Positions 27,475-36,456 of a stretch of DNA of 64,000 nucleotides are shown here, piece by piece (the first letter of the stretch is position 1; each line of letters opens with the position of its first letter). This DNA comes from Pyrinomonadaceae bacterium. GTDB lineage: Bacteria > Acidobacteriota > Blastocatellia > Pyrinomonadales > Pyrinomonadaceae. A program made the translations under genes and the position numbers. The DNA is taken from contig DASVTY010000012.1 of NCBI GenBank assembly GCA_036387315.1, positions 1,408-65,407 of the forward strand, in the 5' to 3' direction. The notes under the pieces were generated by a model, which searched no databases, was not told the DNA's origin, and worked only from the letters and a program-made list of their open reading frames with translations.

Positions 27475-28506
27475 ATGGAAACAATTGTATTCACCAACGG
27501 TTGTTTTGACATCCTGCACGCCGGTCACGTTGATTTGCTGACAAGAGCGCGCTCACTGGGAACAAAACTGATTGTCGGGATCAATTCAGATAACAGCGTC
27601 CGCCAAATCAAAGGCGCGCCCCGTCCGTTTGTATGCGAAGAGGGAAGAGCCGCCGTTTTGCGCGGTTTGCGAGCTGTTGACGAAGTAGTGATTTTCGACG
27701 AGCCGACGCCGAAAAGAATCATCGAGGAAATCAAACCCGACGTTTTGGTCAAAGGCGGCGATTGGAAACCGGAAGAAATAGTCGGGGCGGATTTTGTGCT
27801 TGCGCGAGGCGGCGAAGTTTATTCACTGCCTTTGTTAGACGGCTTTTCCACGACGGCTATTAGCGAAAAAATCATTAGGAAAACAAATCAGTCAGAACCC
27901 AAAGCTGCTGAAACATCTTTGCAAACAAGCGAGGCAAACATGGAGATTGCGCGGCATTCATTATCAGCCCACAAAGCGGTTTTCGATTTGTTGTTTGAAA
28001 ACGAAATTCCGGCAATCGTTCGTTCCGCCGAAATGATTGCGGCGGCTCTAAAATCCGGCAACAAAATTTTGCTTTGCGGAAACGGCGGGAGCGCGGCGGA
28101 CGCGCAGCATATTGCGGCGGAGTTTGTCGGGCGTTTTGAAAAAGAACGAAAAGGATTTCCCGCAATCGCTTTGACAACAGACACTTCCGCGCTCACGGCT
28201 CTCAGTAATGATTATGGTTTCGAGCGGGTTTTTGCCAGACAAGTCGAAGCATTTGCAAGGACGGGCGATGTTCTCATCGGAATCAGCACCAGCGGAAATT
28301 CCCCGAACGTTTTAGCCGCGATTATGACTGCTCGAAAAATCGGCTGTGCGACAATCTGTTTAACCGGAGCGAAGGGCAAAAAACTTGCAGGGCTTTGCGA
28401 TGCCGCAGTTATAGTTCCTTCGGAACGCACTTCGCGGATTCAGGAAGGACATTCGGCAATCGGGCATTTGTGGTGCGAAATCGCGGACAATATTTTAATC
28501 TCTTAA
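27475..28506 (+). CDS. Fusion protein: D-beta-D-heptose-1-phosphate adenylyltransferase (HldC/RfaE domain II) plus phosphoheptose isomerase (GmhA, SIS)
   Basis: N-terminus FTNGCFDILHAGHV..L..A...G..LIVG.NSD.S....KG..RP (cytidylyltransferase fold). C-terminus ..ILLCGNGGSAADAQH.AAE.VGRF..ER...PAIAL..D.S..TA..NDYG....F..Q.......GDVL.GISTSGNS.NV (GmhA). Confidence 0.85.
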   Translation: METIVFTNGCFDILHAGHVDLLTRARSLGTKLIVGINSDNSVRQIKGAPRPFVCEEGRAAVLRGLRAVDEVVIFDEPTPKRIIEEIKPDVLVKGGDWKPEEIVGADFVLARGGEVYSLPLLDGFSTTAISEKIIRKTNQSEPKAAETSLQTSEANMEIARHSLSAHKAVFDLLFENEIPAIVRSAEMIAAALKSGNKILLCGNGGSAADAQHIAAEFVGRFEKERKGFPAIALTTDTSALTALSNDYGFERVFARQVEAFARTGDVLIGISTSGNSPNVLAAIMTARKIGCATICLTGAKGKKLAGLCDAAVIVPSERTSRIQEGHSAIGHLWCEIADNILIS

Positions 28507-28526
28507 AAATTTATATCAATTACAAA

Positions 28527-29513
28527 GTGAATAAAAAGGCTTTAATAACAGGAATTACGGGACAAGACGGAAGCTATTTAGCGGAACATCTTCTTGATTT
28601 AGGATACGAAGTTCACGGACTCGTGCGGCGCGTCGCATTGGAAGACCCTGAACGCAGATTTACGCGAATCAGACATCTTCTCGACAGAGTGACGCTTCAC
28701 CCTGCGAGCTTGGAGAGCTATCCGAGCATTTTTCACATTGTCAGCAAATACGATTTTGACGAATGTTATCATCTGGCGGCTCAGAGCTTTGTCGCCGAAA
28801 GTTTTGCCGACGGATTTTCGACAATGAACACGAATATCAACGGCACGCATTATATGTTAGCCGCGTTGCGCGAGCTGCGCCCGAAATGTCGTTTTTATTT
28901 TGCCGGTTCAAGCGAAATGTTCGGCAAAGCGCAGGAAATACCGCAGCGCGAAGCCACGCCGTTTCATCCGCGCTCGCCCTACGGCATCAGCAAAGTCGCG
29001 GGTTTCGACCTGACGAGAAACTATCGCGAAGCCTATGAAATGTTTTGCTGTAGCGGAATTCTTTTTAATCATGAAGGTCCGCGTCGCGGTGTGGAATTTG
29101 TAACCAGAAAAATTACGACCGGAGTCGCCCGGATTAAATTAGGGATGGCGGCGGAATTACGTTTGGGAAATCTCGAAGCCAAACGCGATTGGGGACACGC
29201 GGCAGATTATGTTACGGCAATGCATCTGATGTTACAGCAGCCCGAACCCGACGATTATGTGGTCGCGTCCGGTGAAACTCATTCCGTGCGCGAATTTTGC
29301 GAGCTGGCTTTCGATTGTGCCGGGCTTGATTATCAAAAATACGTTCACATTGACGAACAGTATTATCGCCCGGCGGAAGTTGATTTGCTTATCGGGGATT
29401 CGACGAAAGCGCGGAACGTGCTCGGCTGGAAACCAAAATACACTTTTGAAGAATTGGTTAAAGAAATGGTCGAATCCGATTTGGAATCAATAGACGCGGG
29501 GCTGAATAAATAG
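28527..29513 (+). CDS. gmd: GDP-mannose 4,6-dehydratase
   Basis: KKALITGITGQDGSYLAEHLL..GYEVHG..RR..; ..SSEMFG......Q.E.TPF.PRSPYG.SK; ..GILFNHE.PRRG..FVTRKIT. GTG start at 28527 chosen because the upstream extension overlaps the previous gene. Confidence 0.9.
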   Translation: MNKKALITGITGQDGSYLAEHLLDLGYEVHGLVRRVALEDPERRFTRIRHLLDRVTLHPASLESYPSIFHIVSKYDFDECYHLAAQSFVAESFADGFSTMNTNINGTHYMLAALRELRPKCRFYFAGSSEMFGKAQEIPQREATPFHPRSPYGISKVAGFDLTRNYREAYEMFCCSGILFNHEGPRRGVEFVTRKITTGVARIKLGMAAELRLGNLEAKRDWGHAADYVTAMHLMLQQPEPDDYVVASGETHSVREFCELAFDCAGLDYQKYVHIDEQYYRPAEVDLLIGDSTKARNVLGWKPKYTFEELVKEMVESDLESIDAGLNK

Positions 29514-29522
29514 TTTTTGTTG

Positions 29523-30518
29523 ATGAAAGATTGGCGAAAAGTTTTCGAAAAATTTGCCGACGTTCGAGTTTTGATAATCGGCGACGTTATGCTCGACCGC
29601 TATTGGTGGGGAACCGTCTCGCGCATTTCGCCCGAAGCTCCCGTTCCGGTCGTTAAGCTGGAGAAAACCGAACTCAAAGCGGGCGGCGCGGCAAACGTGG
29701 CGGCAAACATTTCGAGCCTCGGCGCAACAAGCCTGCTCCTCGGCGTTACGGGCGAAGATGAATGCGGACGGGCTTTGCCGCAAATTTTGGAGCGGCACAA
29801 CGTAGGTGCAAAACATTTAATATCTTTCTCGAATCGTCCGACGACGACAAAAACCAGAATTGTCGCGCACAATCAGCACGTTGTCAGAATTGACGAAGAG
29901 CAGGCTGCGCCTCTCGACGCCCAACAAGCGCAAATTATTTGGCAAGCCGCCGATAAGCTTCTGCCCGAAGCCGATGTCGTCGTTTTGTCGGATTACGCCA
30001 AAGGTTGTTTGTGCGATTCGGTTCTTTCCAACGTAATCGAAACGGCGCGAAAATTGAAAAAGATTGTTCTGGTTGATCCGAAAGGCAAAAACTACGAGAA
30101 ATACAAAGGCGCGACTTTGCTGACGCCGAACAAATCGGAAGCCGCCGCAGCATCCGGCATTGATATAACGGATGAGCGAACAATCATCGAAGCCGGAAAC
30201 CGCCTGCTCGAAAATCTGCAAATAGAATCTCTGCTTATAACGCTCGGCGAAGAAGGGATGCGACTTTTCGAAAAAGGAAAGGATTCAAGACATTTTCCGG
30301 CGATGGCGCGCGCGGTTTACGATGTGACGGGCGCTGGCGATACTGTAATTGCCGCAATGGCTGTTGCGCTCGGCGCTTCGCTTGAGATGCCCGAAGCGGT
30401 GAAAATGGCAAACGCGGCGGCAGGTTTAGCCGTTGAAGAACTCGGAACGACTCCGGTCGGCGCGGCGGATTTAGCAAAAGCGCTGGAAAAGGGAACGGGA
30501 GATAACAGTGAAAAATGA
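29523..30518 (+). CDS. D-beta-D-heptose-7-phosphate kinase (HldA/RfaE domain I, PfkB family)
   Basis: ..VLIIGDVMLD.YWWG.V.RISPEAPVPVV......GGAANVA.N..SLG. C-terminal ..DVTGAGDTVIA... ATG at 29523. Confidence 0.85.
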   Translation: MKDWRKVFEKFADVRVLIIGDVMLDRYWWGTVSRISPEAPVPVVKLEKTELKAGGAANVAANISSLGATSLLLGVTGEDECGRALPQILERHNVGAKHLISFSNRPTTTKTRIVAHNQHVVRIDEEQAAPLDAQQAQIIWQAADKLLPEADVVVLSDYAKGCLCDSVLSNVIETARKLKKIVLVDPKGKNYEKYKGATLLTPNKSEAAAASGIDITDERTIIEAGNRLLENLQIESLLITLGEEGMRLFEKGKDSRHFPAMARAVYDVTGAGDTVIAAMAVALGASLEMPEAVKMANAAAGLAVEELGTTPVGAADLAKALEKGTGDNSEK

Positions 30519-31708
30519 GAAAAAAGAAGATTGCCGTTCTCGTTCCTGATTTATCGGTTCCGACCGGAATTTCGGTTGTTGCTAAATTTTTGTACGACGT
30601 TATAAACGACTCCGGTAAATACGACGCCGCCTTGATTTCGCTGGCTACATCCGCCACTGACGGAGACAGCGTAAAGCTCGTCAAACCTTCGAGCTGGTCG
30701 CGCGGAATTACCGTATCAAATCAACAATATGAAGGTGTTTTATACCGTCACGTCGGCGCAAATCTAACCGAGGTCGAGTTTCAACGCTATCGTCCGCGCA
30801 AAGCATTAAACTCAGTATTGCGCGGATATGATCTTGTTCAAGTTGTCGCAGGCAGCGCTCCCTGGTTGCTGGCGGCTAAGGATTTTGGCGGGCGCGTTGC
30901 GCTAAGTGTTTTTTCAAAGTCAAAAGTCGAGCGCGAATCAATGATCCGGCGAGCCAGACAACCCAGGAAAACCTGGTTAAAGCTGATGACGCAAATCAAC
31001 GCCGGATTGGAACAAAAAGCGTTTCAAAGAGCTGACACGATTTTTGTAAACAACATTTGGCTTAAAGATGAACTGGAAAAAACTTTTCCGGATAAAACAA
31101 TTTTTGCGCCGCCCGGAATTGATACTGATTTTTTTACGCCTGCTGCCGCTAAAACCGAAGATTATATTTTATCAGTCGGGCGTTTCGCAGACCCGCGCAA
31201 AAACGTGCGGATGCTTTTTCGCTCTTACAAGATTTTAATTGACCGCTTTCCCGAAGCTCCAAAGCTGGTTTTAGCGGGACAAACCGCGCCGAGCGATGAA
31301 GATATGGCGGAAGCGCGGCGGCTCGGAATTGTTGATAAGGTAGAAATTTTAACCTCGGTTTCCAAAGAGAGTCTGCGTGAGCTTTATCAAAACGCCGCGC
31401 TTTTTCTGCTGTCTTCGGACGAAGAAGGTTTCGGGCTGATAATTGCCGAAGCAATGGCTTGCGGTTTGGCGGTCGTTGCGACAAAGTGCGGCGGACCGGA
31501 AGTATTAATTTTGGAAAACGAAACAGGTTTTTTAACGCCCGTCGGTGATGCGGCGGCGCTTGCCGATAAAATCTCGCTTCTTTTGACAGACGCAAATTTG
31601 CGGAAAAAATTCGGGGCGGCGGGGCGTAAACGAGCGGCGGCAAATTTCTCGCAGTCTGCGACCGGAAAAATTTATCTCGAAAATTACGAGCGTTTATTGA
31701 GTTTGTGA
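30515..31708 (+). CDS. Glycosyltransferase family 4
   Basis: C-terminal ..SDEEGFGL.IAEAMACGL.VVAT..GGP.E. ATGA overlap with the upstream stop. Confidence 0.8.
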   Translation: MRKKKIAVLVPDLSVPTGISVVAKFLYDVINDSGKYDAALISLATSATDGDSVKLVKPSSWSRGITVSNQQYEGVLYRHVGANLTEVEFQRYRPRKALNSVLRGYDLVQVVAGSAPWLLAAKDFGGRVALSVFSKSKVERESMIRRARQPRKTWLKLMTQINAGLEQKAFQRADTIFVNNIWLKDELEKTFPDKTIFAPPGIDTDFFTPAAAKTEDYILSVGRFADPRKNVRMLFRSYKILIDRFPEAPKLVLAGQTAPSDEDMAEARRLGIVDKVEILTSVSKESLRELYQNAALFLLSSDEEGFGLIIAEAMACGLAVVATKCGGPEVLILENETGFLTPVGDAAALADKISLLLTDANLRKKFGAAGRKRAAANFSQSATGKIYLENYERLLSL

Positions 31709-32892
31709 AGGAAAGAAAGCCGAAAATTCTGATTTTGTCCGATTTTTATTTGCCCGGTTTTAAAAGCGGCGCTCTGAGAACGATTGCAAATATGGTTGAG
31801 CGAATGTCGGACGAGTTCGATTTTTGGATTCTGACCGGAAACCGCGACAGCGACGGCGACGGGAGCAGTTTTGCCGATGTTCGGTTAAATCAATGGCAGC
31901 CGGTCGGCAAAGCCACGGTTTTTTACGCCGCGCCCGACCGGCTTAATTTAAAAAATATCGGCAAAATCGTTGCGGAAGCCGCGCCGGATGCGGTTTATCT
32001 GAACAGTTTTTTTTCTGCTTTGACGGTTAAATTCTTGTTTTTGCGGCGGCTCGGCAAAATCGGCAAACTGCCGGTCATGCTGGCGCCGGAAGGCGAATTT
32101 TCAAAAGGAGCAATCGCTTTAAAAGTGCGTAAAAAAAAGTCCTTTCTGGCTCTAGCTCTAGGGTTTGGACTGTATAAAGATTTAATCTGGAAAGCCGTTA
32201 GCAGTGACGAAAAAGAAGACATTGTGAGAGAAATCGGCGAGCGAGGCGACATTTTAATCGCCGCCAATATGCCGCCGCGAACAATTCTCGAAAATTTTAA
32301 AATTGAATCTAAACCGCCGAAAAAAAGCGGCGAAGCGCGATTTGTTTTTCTGTCTCGGATCAGCCAGAAGAAAAATTTGAAATTTGCTTTAGAGCTTTTG
32401 AAAAACGTTTCCGGGCGTGCGACATTCGACATTTACGGCTCAATCGAGGATGAAAAATATTGGGCGGAGTGTGAAAAGCTGATTCAACGGTTGCCGGAAA
32501 CAGTTAAAGTAAATTTTCAAGGAGCGGTTTCTTACGAACAAGTTGCGGAAACGTTCGGAAAGTATCATTTTTTTCTTTTTCCGACACTCGGAGAAAATTT
32601 CGGTCACGTCGTGATCGAATCGTTAGCCGCCGGAACGCTTGTTGTTTTGAGCGACCAGACGCCCTGGCGCAATCTGGAAAAAGAAAATATCGGCTGGGAT
32701 TTAACCTTTGACGATGTTTCGATTTGGCGAAATGTCGTGCAGCGATGCGTGGAAATGTCTGAAACGGAATTTTACGAGATGGCTAATTCGGCGCGCGGTT
32801 TTGCAGTTAATTGGCTGGCTTCATCCGAAATCGAAACGGCAAATCGGCAGGTTTTAAGGCGCGCGGTTGAAACCTCGAATGTTAAAAAATAG
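31705..32892 (+). CDS. Glycosyltransferase family 4
   Basis: ..FVFLSRIS.KKN......LL........FDIYG....FLFPT.GENFG.V.IESLAAG. GTG start overlapping the previous stop. Confidence 0.75.
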   Translation: MKERKPKILILSDFYLPGFKSGALRTIANMVERMSDEFDFWILTGNRDSDGDGSSFADVRLNQWQPVGKATVFYAAPDRLNLKNIGKIVAEAAPDAVYLNSFFSALTVKFLFLRRLGKIGKLPVMLAPEGEFSKGAIALKVRKKKSFLALALGFGLYKDLIWKAVSSDEKEDIVREIGERGDILIAANMPPRTILENFKIESKPPKKSGEARFVFLSRISQKKNLKFALELLKNVSGRATFDIYGSIEDEKYWAECEKLIQRLPETVKVNFQGAVSYEQVAETFGKYHFFLFPTLGENFGHVVIESLAAGTLVVLSDQTPWRNLEKENIGWDLTFDDVSIWRNVVQRCVEMSETEFYEMANSARGFAVNWLASSEIETANRQVLRRAVETSNVKK

Positions 32893-33006
32893 CTTGAACT
32901 GTCGGCGCTTCGACGGTTCGAGCTTTACTGGAAGAAAACAGATTGAAGTTTTAATTATAAATGTGTTTCGGCTTTATATTATAGTCGGAAGAAATAAAAT
33001 CATTTT

Positions 33007-34107
33007 ATGAAAGTTTTGACGATTTTCGGAACGAGACCCGAAATTATTCGACTAAGTTTGGTGATGAGTCTGCTCGATCAGCACTCGCAGCATATTACGG
33101 TTCACACCGGGCAAAATTACGACGAAAGTCTGAGCGACGTTTTTTTGCGCGATTTGCAGGTTCGTACGCCCGATTATCATCTCGGCGTTCGTTCGTCGAG
33201 CTTCGGCGAACAAGTCGGACTGATTCTGTCGAAAACCGATGAGATTTTGGAAAAGGAAAAGCCGGAAAAAATTTTGATTCTGGGCGATACGAACAGCGCG
33301 CTGACCGCTATTGTCGCGGCGCGGCGCGGAATTCCGGTTTTTCATATGGAAGCGGGAAATCGCTGTTACGACGACCGCGTGCCGGAGGAGGTAAACCGGC
33401 GGATAATTGACCATTCGAGCCGGTTTTTGCTGCCTTATACCGAGCGCAGCAAGGAAAACCTCGTCCGCGAGGGAATCGAGCGCGACCGCATTTTTATTAC
33501 GGGAAATCCGATTAACGAAGTTCTCCTGAATTTTAACGAGCAAATCGAATCTTCGGCGGCGATGGAAAATCTGGGTGTCGGCAAATACGAATATTTTCTG
33601 GTCACGCTGCATCGCTCGGAAAACGTTGATCTGCCCGACCGTTTAGAGAAAATTCTGCGCGGTTTTCAGCTAGTCGCGGAAAAATTCAATAAGCCGATGC
33701 TGGTCAGTCTGCATCCGCGAACGGCGAGCAAATTGGAACAATTCGGGATAAAACCGAACACTGATAAAATCAAGCTCTTAAATCCGCTCGGATTTTTCGA
33801 TTTCGTCAAATTGGAGAAAAACGCGCTCGCGGTTTTAACCGATAGCGGGACGGTGCAGGAAGAATGCTCGATTTTCGGCGTTCCGAATGTGACCGTGCGC
33901 GATGTGACCGAACGACCGGAAACAATCGAAGCGGGCAGCAATATTTTGAGCGGAGCCGATTCGGAGCAAATTTTAAAAGCCGTCGAAATCGCCGTTTCGC
34001 AGCCCGCCGACTGGATTGCGCCGCGCGAATATACGGCGGAATCGGTTTCGCAAACGGTTCTTAAAATTATTTTGGGCTATAACAGCGTGCGAAAACATTT
34101 TTCGTAA
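33007..34107 (+). CDS. wecB: UDP-N-acetylglucosamine 2-epimerase (non-hydrolysing)
   Basis: MKVLTIFGTRPEIIRLS..GDTNS.L......A.....V.H.EAG.R......PEE.NR...D......TDSG..QEE. Confidence 0.9.
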   Translation: MKVLTIFGTRPEIIRLSLVMSLLDQHSQHITVHTGQNYDESLSDVFLRDLQVRTPDYHLGVRSSSFGEQVGLILSKTDEILEKEKPEKILILGDTNSALTAIVAARRGIPVFHMEAGNRCYDDRVPEEVNRRIIDHSSRFLLPYTERSKENLVREGIERDRIFITGNPINEVLLNFNEQIESSAAMENLGVGKYEYFLVTLHRSENVDLPDRLEKILRGFQLVAEKFNKPMLVSLHPRTASKLEQFGIKPNTDKIKLLNPLGFFDFVKLEKNALAVLTDSGTVQEECSIFGVPNVTVRDVTERPETIEAGSNILSGADSEQILKAVEIAVSQPADWIAPREYTAESVSQTVLKIILGYNSVRKHFS

Positions 34108-34173
34108 ACCGATTTAATTGGTAACAAATCCGGCTTTGTAGTATAACTATGTGTCTGTTTCAACAATTCAAAA

Positions 34174-35421
34174 ATGCGCGTCCTGATTTTCTCGCAATAT
34201 TATTATCCTGAGCCGATTCCGAAACCTCACGAATTGGCTGAGAAATTAGCCGATGACGGTCACGAAGTCTGCGTATTGACCGGGTATCCGCATTATCCGA
34301 CCGGAACGCTCACCAAAGGATACAAGCTCGGTTTGATGATGCGCGAAAAAATCGGAAAAATTCCGGTTCTCCGGCTTTTTGAAATGCCCTATCACAGCAC
34401 CAAGCCGTTTTTGAGAATGGTGAATTACTTGTCTTTTATGGTCAGCGCGCCGCTCGGCGCTTTTTTCACGCCGAAAGTTGACGTGATGTACGTCTGGCAT
34501 CCGCCGCTGACAATCGGGCTGGCGGCTTGGGCTATCTCGAAAATAAAGCGCGTGCCGTTTATTTACGATGTGCAGGATATTTGGGGGCATTTTACGGTTT
34601 TGTCGGGGATGGTCAAAGAAGGCAGCCTGACGATTAAAATAATTCGCAGACTGGAAAAATGGGTTTGCAGCCAAGCCGATCATTTGATTGTTCAAACCGA
34701 GGCAGGACGCGATTATTTCGTTGAGCGCGGAGTCAAAGAAGAGCGAATTGCGATTTTGCCGCATTGGATTGACGAACAGATGTTTGCCGAAGCCGGGAAC
34801 GCCGAGCGCGAACGGCTGAGACAGGAAATGAACTGGCAGGACGAGTTTATCGTTTTATTCGCCGGAAACCTGGGAATCGTTCAAGGTTTGGATTCGGTCG
34901 TTGAGGCTGCGAGACGCATTCCGAACGGAAAAGCCAGAATCGTTTTCGTTGGCGACGGAACCGATAAGCCGCGGCTGGAAAGAATAGCCGAGGAATTAAA
35001 AGTCGGCGACAAATTGCAATTCGTTGACCGCCAGCCGATTGAGCGAATGCCCGCCTTTATGGCGGCGGCGGACGCGCTTTTGATAAATTTAAAGAAAAGC
35101 GAGTTTACCAAATTCGTGATTCCGTCAAAAACGGTCGCCTATCTGGCGAGCGGAAAACCGATTTTAATGTCGGCGGGCGGCGCGTCGGAAGATTTAATCA
35201 GAGAAGCAGGCGCAGGTTTGACGGTCGAGCCGGACGATTCGGAAAAATTAGCGGAAGCGATTGACGAAATGTGTCGAATGTCGAAAGAAGAGCTAGGTAA
35301 GCTCGGAACGAACGGCAGAGATTTTTTGTTAAAATATCTGAGCAAGAATAAGGTAATTGCCGAATACGAAAATTTGATCAAAACGGTCGCCGAAAATCGC
35401 CGGAAAAAACGCGGAAACTAA
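34174..35421 (+). CDS. Glycosyltransferase family 4, WcaI/WbuB-like
   Basis: MRVLIFSQYYYPEP......LAE.L...GHEV.VLTG.P.YP.G. C-terminal Glycos_transf_1 signature. Last glycosyltransferase of the locus. Confidence 0.85.
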   Translation: MRVLIFSQYYYPEPIPKPHELAEKLADDGHEVCVLTGYPHYPTGTLTKGYKLGLMMREKIGKIPVLRLFEMPYHSTKPFLRMVNYLSFMVSAPLGAFFTPKVDVMYVWHPPLTIGLAAWAISKIKRVPFIYDVQDIWGHFTVLSGMVKEGSLTIKIIRRLEKWVCSQADHLIVQTEAGRDYFVERGVKEERIAILPHWIDEQMFAEAGNAERERLRQEMNWQDEFIVLFAGNLGIVQGLDSVVEAARRIPNGKARIVFVGDGTDKPRLERIAEELKVGDKLQFVDRQPIERMPAFMAAADALLINLKKSEFTKFVIPSKTVAYLASGKPILMSAGGASEDLIREAGAGLTVEPDDSEKLAEAIDEMCRMSKEELGKLGTNGRDFLLKYLSKNKVIAEYENLIKTVAENRRKKRGN

Positions 35422-35566
35422 GACGTGCGTTTGAGCCGTGAAAAGCTGTTTAATGAAAAAGACGATTGACGCGGCGTGATAAAAATGTTAGTTTTTCGGC
35501 AACAGACCGAAATTTATGTTATTTTTACGGTTTGAAGCGTTGTCGGGATAAAATCATCAGACGGTA

Positions 35567-36397
35567 ATGCAATTTATCGTGAGTCAAGATTTACCGTTTG
35601 GTTTTGCATTCAGCTCATACGGAGTTTCAATCGAAATTCGCACAAATCGGTTCGATTTATTAACCGAAATTGAAAATTTGCTGCCGCCCGCAAGCCGCAT
35701 CCTCTCAAGAGGAAAACCGATTGATTTTTTATTTGCGGTAATTTGGGACGATGAAAGAGAACGAATCAGCGAATTTTATCGCAATTCGGAGCAGCAGGCT
35801 TGCGACGGCGATTACTCGCAATCGCTGCATTTGATCGAAATCGCTTTGCGATTGACAGTCGCGGAATTTTCGCCGCATCTGGTTTTCGTTCACGCCGGAG
35901 CGGTCGCATTTGAAGATTCGGCTGTAATCGTTCCCGGAAGAAGCCGCGCAGGGAAAACGACATTGACCGCAGCTTTGGTGCAAAACGGGGCTGTTTATTA
36001 CTCGGACGAGTATGCGATCTTTGATGAATTCGGCTTTTTGCATCCGTTTCCGAAGCCGCTTTCCGTGAGAGAGCCTTGGGCGTTTGGAAAACAGATTGAT
36101 CAATCGGTTGAAACGTTCGGCGGGCGACAGGGAACAAAGCCGATTAAAGCGAAAGCAATCGTTGTGACCGAATATGAAAAGGATGCACGTTGGCAGCCGG
36201 AGCGATTGAGCAAGGGAGAAGGCGTTTTAGAACTGCTGGCAAACACGGTTTCGGCGCGGACGAATCCTCGGCTGGCATTAAAAATCTTGCCTCGCGCCGT
36301 AGAAAATGCTTTAATTTTGAAAGGTAAAAGAGGAGACGCCGAAGCGGTTTCCAAAGAAATTAAAAAAGTTTTGACAAAAAACGCGATTTTCGCTTGA
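35567..36397 (+). CDS. HPr-kinase C-terminal-domain-like P-loop protein (HprK-related kinase)
   Basis: ..VFVHAGAVAFEDSAVIVPGRSRAGKTTLTAALV..GA.YYSDEYA.. resembles the HprK catalytic core with Walker A GxxxxGKT (nt 35936-35959). 276 aa. Confidence 0.65.
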   Translation: MQFIVSQDLPFGFAFSSYGVSIEIRTNRFDLLTEIENLLPPASRILSRGKPIDFLFAVIWDDERERISEFYRNSEQQACDGDYSQSLHLIEIALRLTVAEFSPHLVFVHAGAVAFEDSAVIVPGRSRAGKTTLTAALVQNGAVYYSDEYAIFDEFGFLHPFPKPLSVREPWAFGKQIDQSVETFGGRQGTKPIKAKAIVVTEYEKDARWQPERLSKGEGVLELLANTVSARTNPRLALKILPRAVENALILKGKRGDAEAVSKEIKKVLTKNAIFA

Positions 36398-36456
36398 AAA
36401 AGTTCGATAAATAAACTAAAAACTATACTGCTTTTGATTGTTTGAGGAGGAAAAGA

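Noticed and set aside
35422-35566. Sigma70-like promoter (ttgacg ... tagttt) and tiny ORFs (8 and 16 aa) upstream of the HprK-like gene
   Set aside because: The -10 match is poor and the mini-ORFs lack SDs and have no peptide-like features. There is not enough evidence to report a promoter or a leader peptide.
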